Source: Anaerolineaceae bacterium (lineage in GTDB: Bacteria; Chloroflexota; Anaerolineae; Anaerolineales; Anaerolineaceae). From it: a stretch of 64,000 nt of DNA. Location of the stretch: assembly GCA_034933225.1 (NCBI GenBank), contig JAYFNV010000025.1, forward strand, positions 10,457-74,456, written 5' to 3'. Made by a program: the position numbers and the translations under genes. Under the pieces are notes generated by a model. It made no database searches, was not told where the DNA came from, and saw only the letters and a list, made by a program, of their open reading frames with translations. Positions 7,923 to 15,227 of the stretch are shown here, piece after piece; within the stretch, counting starts at the first letter, position 1; each line of letters starts with the position of its first letter.

Positions 7923-10130
7923 CTATTTCCGATTCCTTGTAAACCGGATGACCAGCAGGGCCGCCAGCGAGATGACGAAGATACCCCCCGCCAACCAGAG
8001 CACCCAGTCCGGATAAGAACCCAGTGTACCCGGGTTCGGTGCCGTTGTTGTATCTGCTTCCACGGGCTGGTCAGATACCAGCGAGGTCTTGCTGGCAATG
8101 GTCAGAAAGGCCGTCTCCTCCGCGTTGGATGCCACCACCAGATTACCGCTGAACTTTTTGTACTGATCAGGCGTGTTGACGATACTGGCCAGCCAGCTCA
8201 AACTGGTAGAAGAGGTACCGGTCAAAACCAGGCGATACGCCCCATCTTCTGTGAACAGAGATTGGATGTAGCCCAGCGAACCGGAGGCCGGTACCACCTG
8301 GGTGACCCCTGCAATGGCCCTGGGGGTCACCTTATCTGCTTCAAATGGCTGGGGCAGCAGGTCGTTCAACTGCATCACCGCATCATTCTGCGCGGGTAAC
8401 CCCACAATGATCTGGTACGAGCGCGCTGTTGATACAGCGGCCTGATCTTTGACCGAGACCACGGCCGGCAGCAGGCTGTCACCGCGAGCGGTGTGCCCAA
8501 TACGGTTGGACACCTGAAGCACCAAATTGGCCACAGGCCAATCGATCTTATCTGGCACCACAAAGGCCAGGTTGGCAAGCGTGGCCGAGCCCAGGTACAG
8601 ATTGGGGTATCCGGTGAGACTGGCCGTTTTTTGGCCGATATTGGCCGGGAAGGTGAAAGTAGAATTTGGACTGATGGTCAGCCACGAGTCTGTGTAATAT
8701 TTTTCTGTGCAGTACAAAGTGCTGGCAACAGCAGCGTTGTTCACCTGCAAATTACTGGTGATGGCAATAGAATTTTCTCCCACTTTGAAGAGCCGCAGCG
8801 GGATCTTTACTTCCACGCTGGCATCCTGGGCGTTCTGTGCATTCAAGGCAATACTGGTGACGGGAACATCGTTTACCAGGATATCCAGCGAAGAGCGATC
8901 CGGATTCAACACGCTTGAATGAGAGAAGATGAGGTTGAAAACAGCCTCGCCCTGAGAATCAAAGACCAGTTGCAGGGGCAGGGTAAGGTACGTAGATTGC
9001 TGACTGCTGCCCGTGGCCACAATATCTGCAAAGCCCAGGCTCTTGAGCGAGTAGACCAGGCTGGGGGTGGTGGTGGCCACCTCCTCTACAGCAGGGGTCT
9101 GCAAGATGATGCCCAGTTGCCCGGACAGGCGGTCAAACACTGAGGTGGTGGCGAACGCTCGGCTGGCTTTTTGCAGGCCGCTTGCGTCTACACCGGTAAC
9201 GCTAAGCAGGATGCCCGTTTCATCATAAGGGGAGGTCTGCAGCCAGAGCACACCAGAATCAGCGCCGATGGCCTTGCCAGCTTTGTCTTTGAGCTGCAAA
9301 GAAGACCCAGAGCCGCTGCTGGCCGGCAGCAAAGTAGTGCTGGCGGTGGCCAAATTGGCGGCCTGACCAATGACCAGCAGATTGCCCTCAGGCTTTTGGC
9401 TGGCCAGTTTATCTAATGAAAGCGTCTTGATCACAGGAGTGCGCCAATCAGCCCACTGACCCAACTTGGCGCTGATGGTTGCAGCAGCTTCCAACTCGGC
9501 GGCGCTGGGGTTGGCGGGCAACACCAGGGTGATGACGCTCTCCTGCAGCGGACTGGGATCAATGAAGGTGGTCGGCAGGCTGCGCAGGTCAAGCGTTTGT
9601 GCCTGGCCGCTGTATTGAACCTCAAAGGAGGTTGTGTTGTGCACCACCGCCCAGATGGCCGGGTTATCAAAGTCTTCGCAAAAGTCGTCGCGAATGCCCA
9701 TGTAGAATTGCACGTTCAACTTGTTGTATCCCGAAATGACAGACTCCGCCGGGATCTCAATTTCCAGCTTACCGCCCTCTACATTTTGCGAGCCCAACAG
9801 CCCACTGCCCACGCGGATATCGTTCCAATCTACCGACATGCTGGAGTGATTGTTGAGTGAGGCCGAGTGGCTGAAGTCAATGGTGATCTTAAGTGGCGCT
9901 TCGATCTTCCAGGTGGCCGGAAAGGTAACGCCGTACTGGTGGCTCACCAGCACCCCCTGATACTCATCATCGCTGGTTACGCCCAGGTCTTTGAGGGTAA
10001 AGGTGGCCTGGGTCCATGTTTGAGAATCCTGTGCTTTCACTCCCTGCGGAGCTGCCATCAATAAAACCAGGAGAATGAATAAGGCACTACGTACCAGGGC
10101 TAAAAAATGGGAGAGGGATGTTTTTTTCAT
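7923..10130 (-). CDS. BcsB-like secreted, C-terminally anchored synthase partner (internally duplicated)
   Basis: Signal peptide (LFILLVLLMAAPQGVKA|QD). Two homologous halves, each with the pattern L(K)xLG ... FSHS(A/S)xLN ... SS(M/L) ... ND(I/V), as in the BcsB family. Single C-terminal TM anchor (WVLWLAGGIFVISLAALLVI) plus a basic tail. Size and topology match BcsB. Confidence 0.65.
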   Translation of the reverse strand: MKKTSLSHFLALVRSALFILLVLLMAAPQGVKAQDSQTWTQATFTLKDLGVTSDDEYQGVLVSHQYGVTFPATWKIEAPLKITIDFSHSASLNNHSSMSVDWNDIRVGSGLLGSQNVEGGKLEIEIPAESVISGYNKLNVQFYMGIRDDFCEDFDNPAIWAVVHNTTSFEVQYSGQAQTLDLRSLPTTFIDPSPLQESVITLVLPANPSAAELEAAATISAKLGQWADWRTPVIKTLSLDKLASQKPEGNLLVIGQAANLATASTTLLPASSGSGSSLQLKDKAGKAIGADSGVLWLQTSPYDETGILLSVTGVDASGLQKASRAFATTSVFDRLSGQLGIILQTPAVEEVATTTPSLVYSLKSLGFADIVATGSSQQSTYLTLPLQLVFDSQGEAVFNLIFSHSSVLNPDRSSLDILVNDVPVTSIALNAQNAQDASVEVKIPLRLFKVGENSIAITSNLQVNNAAVASTLYCTEKYYTDSWLTISPNSTFTFPANIGQKTASLTGYPNLYLGSATLANLAFVVPDKIDWPVANLVLQVSNRIGHTARGDSLLPAVVSVKDQAAVSTARSYQIIVGLPAQNDAVMQLNDLLPQPFEADKVTPRAIAGVTQVVPASGSLGYIQSLFTEDGAYRLVLTGTSSTSLSWLASIVNTPDQYKKFSGNLVVASNAEETAFLTIASKTSLVSDQPVEADTTTAPNPGTLGSYPDWVLWLAGGIFVISLAALLVIRFTRNRK

Positions 10131-10316
10131 AATTCCAGATCGTCCTTTTGGGTCACTTCCCCTTGAGAGGAGAACTTGCTTTGGTGGTTTACTGTTAATA
10201 TATTAAATTATAACCAATATATAATCACATATATGAAGTTAGTTACTATTATACGGATTTTTCATGAGATTTTTATCAATTCCGTATGAATAATAATGAT
10301 AATTCCGACCTGATTG

Positions 10317-10341
10317 ATTAGCAATGAGAATAATTGCTAAT
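10317..10341. promoter_or_regulatory. perfect 9-bp inverted repeat (candidate operator)
   Basis: ATTAGCAAT-gagaata-ATTGCTAAT in the AT-rich divergent region between the EPS operon and the 10501(+) genes. Confidence 0.3.
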
Positions 10342-10367
10342 TTTATCGAACAAATTCGCAAACTACC

Positions 10368-10396
10368 TTCAAATCAGTGGTTTCGCCCGGTATAAT
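10368..10396 (+). promoter_or_regulatory. sigma70-like promoter candidate
   Basis: TTCAAA, 17 nt, TATAAT; about 100 nt upstream of the 10501 ATG. Confidence 0.35.
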
Positions 10397-10500
10397 GGGG
10401 CTTGGTTTGATCATCAAATAGACGCATTGTCCTGCGCGTCCAGCCAAGGACCGGCCAAAGCACCCACCTTACTGGTAGAAATAGATAAAGCAGAAGAATT

Positions 10501-10743
10501 ATGAAATCAACACCCAAATTTACGTTCACAAAAATCACTAAAAAGCTCACCCCATGGGCGGGAGTGGCTGGCGTTTTTAGCCTGGGGTTCCTGCCCTGCC
10601 CCGGATGCGGCGCCCCCATGCTCTGGCATCTGTGGCCAGTGGCGGGAGTGCTGGCACTGCACACCCTGCATGTGGAACGCAAGAAAAAGCAGGGACTGTC
10701 TGAACTTATTAATGAAACTGAAGCAACCAGAGATAACGCATGA
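10501..10743 (+). CDS. small membrane protein with CPGCG motif
   Basis: 80-aa ORF. The hydrophobic core contains FLPCPGCGAPMLW. Its stop overlaps the next start (ATGA at 10740-10743), which suggests real translation. No clear SD. Confidence 0.4.
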   Translation: MKSTPKFTFTKITKKLTPWAGVAGVFSLGFLPCPGCGAPMLWHLWPVAGVLALHTLHVERKKKQGLSELINETEATRDNA

Positions 10744-11645
10744 ACCTGAACCCATTGATAGAAGCTGCCCGGCAGAAAAACCTGCACATTCTTAACCTGG
10801 TGGTACGCCAACACGGACAGATCATCGCCGAGCACAATTTTGCCCCAGAAGAGCGCATCCTGCTCTGGTCGGTGAGCAAGACCTTCACCTCCATGGCCAT
10901 CGGCATCGCCCAGGGCGAAGGCTTATTAAATGTTGAAGACAAGCTTTCTAAATACTTCAGGGTGCCGGAAGACGAGCAGTGGCAAAAAGTGACCCTGCAT
11001 CATCTGCTGTGCATGGGCACAGGCCAAAAGACCTGCGCCTTTACCAATGCTTATGCCGTCGGACGCCCCACCCCTGATATTGAAGCGCTCTTCTTTAGCT
11101 CACCGGTAGTCTACGAGCCGGGCAGCTACTTTTTCTACAACAACTCCGCCACCTACATGCTCTCCAAGCTGATCTCACTTACGGCGGGGGTGTCGCTGAA
11201 TGAGTACATGAAGCCGCGGGTGTACGACCCACTTGGCATTGAAAACGTGGAGTGGGAAGCAGACGGCATGGGCGTCAACTTTGGCTGCTCAGGTCTGCAC
11301 CTCAACGCCCACGAGATCTCCAGGTTTGGGCAACTGCTGCTCAACCGCGGGGAATGGCAAGGTCAGAGCCTGATCCCGGAAGCTTACATCGCCAGAGCCA
11401 CCCGTAAACAGATCGATAATTCGGCCTTCAAAGAGAAGTTCGCCACCGCAGACCATCACAGCGGCTACGGCTACCAGATCTGGATGAACCCCATCCCCAA
11501 CTCCTACCGCATGGATGGGTTATACGGGCAGTATGTGGTGGTCCTGCCAGAGAAAGACGCGGTCATCACTTTTGTCTCCAATGAGCCCCAGCATATGACG
11601 GCCATCTTGCAACTGGCCTGGGATCATTTGCTGCAGCAGCTTTAA
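10740..11645 (+). CDS. serine hydrolase, beta-lactamase/PBP-like (class C type)
   Basis: SxxK motif in WSVSKTFTSMAIG; size and overall pattern of beta-lactamase-related esterases. Confidence 0.8.
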   Translation: MNLNPLIEAARQKNLHILNLVVRQHGQIIAEHNFAPEERILLWSVSKTFTSMAIGIAQGEGLLNVEDKLSKYFRVPEDEQWQKVTLHHLLCMGTGQKTCAFTNAYAVGRPTPDIEALFFSSPVVYEPGSYFFYNNSATYMLSKLISLTAGVSLNEYMKPRVYDPLGIENVEWEADGMGVNFGCSGLHLNAHEISRFGQLLLNRGEWQGQSLIPEAYIARATRKQIDNSAFKEKFATADHHSGYGYQIWMNPIPNSYRMDGLYGQYVVVLPEKDAVITFVSNEPQHMTAILQLAWDHLLQQL

Positions 11646-11651
11646 ATATTT

Positions 11652-11686
11652 CACCTCCTGCCAAAACTCAGCAGGAGGTGTTTTTT
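11652..11686 (+). terminator. intrinsic terminator
   Basis: CACCTCCTGC-caaaactca-GCAGGAGGTG followed by TTTTTT. Confidence 0.75.
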
Positions 11687-11730
11687 ACTCTACCACATTC
11701 AAATAAAGGGTGTTTCCATCAAGCCGAATA

Positions 11731-12945
11731 CTACAGGGTATAGGCTTGTTCTCCAAATTGGCCTTCATCCAGACCGTTGATCTCCACCGTATCTGGGACG
11801 CGGACAGGTCTGAACTTGTTCATGATCTTCAAGATCAGCCAGGTCATGCCAAAGGCAAATACGGCCACCAACACACCCGCCAGAACCTGAACTCCAAACT
11901 GACGAACGTTACCTTCGATCAGACCGCTGACGCCGTTCACGGACGCAGATGCAAAGACACCGGTGAGGATGACGCCCAACAAGCCGCCCACCCCGTGGCA
12001 TCCCCAAACATCCAGAGCATCATCCCATCCCATTTTCGCTCTAAATTGAATGGCGCCGTAGCAGACGAATGCTGCCAGTGCGCCGATGACGGCCGCTGCC
12101 CAGGGCTGCACATAACCTGCAGCCGGGGTAACAGTGGCAAGGCCTGCCACAGCTCCGGTAAGGGCGCCCGTCATGCTGGGCTTTCCTTCGTGGATCCAGG
12201 AAATGAACAACCAGACGATCATGGCCACAGAACCGGCGATATCCGTGTTCACAAATGCGATGGCTGCCAGGCCGTTGGCCTGCAATGCACTGCCACCATT
12301 GAAACCGAACCAACCGAACCAGAGCAGGCCGGTTCCCAACGCTACATAAGTGATGTTGTGAGGTTGTGTCTTCTCTTGCGGCAAGATCTTGCGCTTGCCC
12401 ACAATGAACACGGAGGCTAACGCCGCGAACCCGGCGCTGATGTGAACCACCGTGCCTCCGGCGAAATCGACCACACCCAATTGCTGCAGGAAACCACCGC
12501 CCCAGATCCAATGGGCCAGCGGTATATAAATGAGGACAGACCAGAAGATGAGAAAGATCAGATAACTTCTAAAATTCACCCGGTCGGCAAAAGCGCCTGT
12601 GATGAGGGCCGGCGTGATGATGGCGAACATCTCCTGATAGACAAAGAAAGCCAGCGCCGGGATCACCTGCCCGTTGATGGGATTAAAGCCCACCCCGGCC
12701 AGCGCGAAGTAGCGCAGGTCACCAATGAGGCCTCCCAGGTCTTTGCCAAAGGCCAGGCTGAACCCGCCGAATACCCAGATGATGGTGACGATACCCAAAG
12801 AGATAAAGCTTTGCATCATGATGGATAACACGTTCTTACGGCGAACCAGCCCGCCGTAGAAGAATGCCAGACCCGGCGTCATGATGAAGACCAGAGCGGA
12901 ACTGATGAGAACCAATGCAGTTGCAGCAGGATCAATTTGTGCCAT
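11731..12945 (-). CDS. amt: ammonium transporter (Amt family)
   Basis: Typical Amt sequence (FFYGGLVR, VHISAGFAAL, WFGWFGFNGG, WGCHGVGGLLG). I prefer the ATG at 12945 (MAQIDP...) because AAAGGAG sits 5 nt upstream; the track start at 12996 adds 17 non-conserved residues. Confidence 0.9.
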   Translation of the reverse strand: MAQIDPAATALVLISSALVFIMTPGLAFFYGGLVRRKNVLSIMMQSFISLGIVTIIWVFGGFSLAFGKDLGGLIGDLRYFALAGVGFNPINGQVIPALAFFVYQEMFAIITPALITGAFADRVNFRSYLIFLIFWSVLIYIPLAHWIWGGGFLQQLGVVDFAGGTVVHISAGFAALASVFIVGKRKILPQEKTQPHNITYVALGTGLLWFGWFGFNGGSALQANGLAAIAFVNTDIAGSVAMIVWLFISWIHEGKPSMTGALTGAVAGLATVTPAAGYVQPWAAAVIGALAAFVCYGAIQFRAKMGWDDALDVWGCHGVGGLLGVILTGVFASASVNGVSGLIEGNVRQFGVQVLAGVLVAVFAFGMTWLILKIMNKFRPVRVPDTVEINGLDEGQFGEQAYTL

Positions 12946-13031
12946 ACGCGCTCCTTTGAGGAAATGAATGTCATTTTTCATTGTAGGGCGAGCCATTTTT
13001 ACAATCTATACACAATGATGGGTAATTCATC

Positions 13032-13047
13032 TACCTGAAATCAGGTA
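13032..13047. promoter_or_regulatory. 16-bp perfect palindrome in 7-2-7 arrangement (candidate NarL/LuxR-type operator)
   Basis: TACCTGA-AA-TCAGGTA; 44 nt upstream of the response-regulator start and 87 nt upstream of the amt start. Confidence 0.3.
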
Positions 13048-13090
13048 ATTTGTCGTATCAGTTCTGCGCCCAAGGTGCTACCATGGTTGC

Positions 13091-13747
13091 ATGAGCATCT
13101 CCATCATGCTGGTTGAAGACCACAAGATCGTACGCGAAGGCACCCGGCAACTGCTTGAGCAAAACACAGATTTTTCTGTGATCGGCGAAGCCGCAGATGG
13201 GCTGGAAGCCGTCAATCTGGCCGGGACGCTAAGCCCGGACATCATCATCATGGACGTGCGCTTGCCCAACATGAATGGGATCGACGCCACCCGGCTCATC
13301 ACCCGGCGCCACCCCCAGACCAAAGTGATCATCCTTTCTGCTTACGATGATGACAGCTATATCTTCCCCTTGTTTGAAGCTGGCGCCAGCGGTTACCTGC
13401 TAAAAAATTCCAGCGGGGCAGAACTTGCTGCAGCCATTCGATCTGTGCAGCAGGGAGAAACGGCTCTTTCGCCACACATCGGCTCCAAGATCATCCACCG
13501 GCTGGGAAACAAGAGCGAGAACGCCAAAACGCTTTGCATGCTCACCCAACGGGAGCTGGATGTGCTCAAACTGGCCGCGCTAGGCCAGCCCAATAAACTC
13601 ATCGCCGCCCGGCTGGAGATCAGCGTGCAGACGGTGCAGGTGCATTTGCGCAACATCTTCAGCAAACTGGAAGTAGGCAACCGCTCTGAGGCGGTGGCGC
13701 ACGCCCTCCAATCTGGCTGGATCTCGCTGGAGATCCATGACAACTGA
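13091..13747 (+). CDS. response regulator, NarL/FixJ (LuxR-type HTH) family
   Basis: REC domain (MLVEDHKIVREG..., IIIMDVRLPNMNG, ILSAYDD) plus a C-terminal LuxR HTH (LTQRELDVLKLAALGQPNKLIAARLEISVQTVQVHLRNIFSKL). Confidence 0.9.
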   Translation: MSISIMLVEDHKIVREGTRQLLEQNTDFSVIGEAADGLEAVNLAGTLSPDIIIMDVRLPNMNGIDATRLITRRHPQTKVIILSAYDDDSYIFPLFEAGASGYLLKNSSGAELAAAIRSVQQGETALSPHIGSKIIHRLGNKSENAKTLCMLTQRELDVLKLAALGQPNKLIAARLEISVQTVQVHLRNIFSKLEVGNRSEAVAHALQSGWISLEIHDN

Positions 13748-15173
13748 GGTGCAGTTTCAGGAAGAAAATGATGCCGCTCGCGCGAAGGCAGACCTTTCCA
13801 GCGCGCCCATCCGCTCCCAATTGCTCTGGTCTTCGTTTTTTCCCCTGGCCCTTTTTGGCCTGCTCACCACCCTCGTCATTGCCATCAGCATTCAAAAGAT
13901 CACCCTGGACCTTGCGGAGCAACGCAACAGCGCCAGGGTGCAATTGCTCGCTGCCCAAATGGAGCAATCCAAGTTGACGGGTGAACCCGTCAACACAGCA
14001 TCATTAAATTCAATGCTCAATGGAGCAAACGCAGGCAAGGAAAGTAGCCTGTTTCTGATCGACGCAGATGGGCATGTACTTGCTGCTTCGGGGCCCCTCA
14101 ATTCTCAGGGTAGCCCGGCTGCTTTCGATTTTTCAACGCTCTCCGCAGCTTCAGGTGAATTGGTGCAATGGCCGGCCACTCAAGACCAGGTGTTGATCAC
14201 CCGCCAGCCCTTGGCAGATGCCACCGGTTATTTGGTACTGGTCGAACCCTGGCAAGAGATCGTCGCCGCGGCAGCCGGTTACCAGATGCTGCTGGTCGTC
14301 CTCACCTTGCTGGGGGTGCTCCTCTCGCTCTTTATGCTTTCATTGGCCATCACGCGCATCCTGCTGCCCATCCGCCTGCTGACGGAGCGGGCCGCCCTGG
14401 CAGTGCCGGGCAGCGTTTTTGAGCCCATTCCAGAAAACGGCCCCGGGGAGATCCGCAGCCTCATCAACGCCTTCAACCAGATGGTCATCCGTCTGGCCAA
14501 ACAACAGATCACCCTGCGCCAATATGCCCACAAATCCCTTTTGAGCCAGGAAGAAGAAAGACAACGCCTTTCTCGTGAGCTGCATGACGGCCCCTTACAA
14601 GACCTGGTGGGGCTGCATCAACGCATTGAGCTGTACCAGAACGAGCTGGCCGAAGATCCTCATCAGGCGCAGCAGCGCCTGCAGGAGATCGACCAGATCA
14701 TCGATCATTCCATTGAGGACGTCCGTACCATCAGCGTTGCCCTGCGCCCGCCCATTTTGGATGACCTGGGCCTGCCCGCCGCCATTGATTCGCTGTGCAA
14801 AGGCATGGCCAATTCAATGACCGGTCTTGACTGCGCTTTCTCGCTGGTCGGAAAGCAGCAAAGGCTCTCCTCAGAAATGGAACTGGCCATTTACCGGGTC
14901 GTTCAGGAAGCGCTCTCCAACATTCGGAAACACGTGCCCAATGCGAGCCAAGTTACGGTGGAACTGGTCTTTGCCAAAACAGAGGTCAAAGCCACCATCC
15001 GTAACGACGGCAGCTCCTTTGCAGATCAGGACGTGCAGGGCTATGTGCGCTCTGGTCACATTGGTCTGGCAGGGATGTACGAGCGCGCCCGTTTGTTTGG
15101 CGGTTCCCTGAAGATCAGAGCCACTGAGAACGAGGGAACCATCATCACCCTGCGGCTGCCGTATGAAATCTAG
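13737..15173 (+). CDS. sensor histidine kinase, HisKA_3 (NarX/DesK-like) type
   Basis: Overlaps the regulator by 11 nt. Two TM segments flank a sensor region. HAMP-like linker, H-box LSRELHDGPLQDL, and HATPase motifs (EALSNIRKH, GLAGMYERARLFGG). Confidence 0.85.
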   Translation: MTTEVQFQEENDAARAKADLSSAPIRSQLLWSSFFPLALFGLLTTLVIAISIQKITLDLAEQRNSARVQLLAAQMEQSKLTGEPVNTASLNSMLNGANAGKESSLFLIDADGHVLAASGPLNSQGSPAAFDFSTLSAASGELVQWPATQDQVLITRQPLADATGYLVLVEPWQEIVAAAAGYQMLLVVLTLLGVLLSLFMLSLAITRILLPIRLLTERAALAVPGSVFEPIPENGPGEIRSLINAFNQMVIRLAKQQITLRQYAHKSLLSQEEERQRLSRELHDGPLQDLVGLHQRIELYQNELAEDPHQAQQRLQEIDQIIDHSIEDVRTISVALRPPILDDLGLPAAIDSLCKGMANSMTGLDCAFSLVGKQQRLSSEMELAIYRVVQEALSNIRKHVPNASQVTVELVFAKTEVKATIRNDGSSFADQDVQGYVRSGHIGLAGMYERARLFGGSLKIRATENEGTIITLRLPYEI

Positions 15174-15186
15174 CCTGACCCTTTCT

Positions 15187-15225
15187 AAAAAACACGAGCC
15201 CCGCTGAGCAGGACTCGTGGTTTTT
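15187..15225. terminator. bidirectional terminator between convergent genes
   Basis: AAAAAA-CACGAG...CTCGTG-GTTTTT with an imperfect inner stem. Confidence 0.55.
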
Positions 15226-15227
15226 CA

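Noticed and set aside
10374-10835. 153-aa minus-strand ORF spanning the EPS-operon upstream region
   Set aside because: It overlaps the plus-strand small ORF and the start of the serine-hydrolase gene. It has no SD or motif, and it would run through the predicted plus-strand promoter. It is likely a chance ORF.
13022-13047. NtcA- or GlnR/TnrA-type nitrogen-regulator site upstream of amt
   Set aside because: The nearby GTA...TAC element is GTA-N7-TAC (13022-13034), not the NtcA GTA-N8-TAC. No TGTNA-N7-TNACA was seen. The perfect palindrome fits a 7-2-7 NarL-type layout instead.
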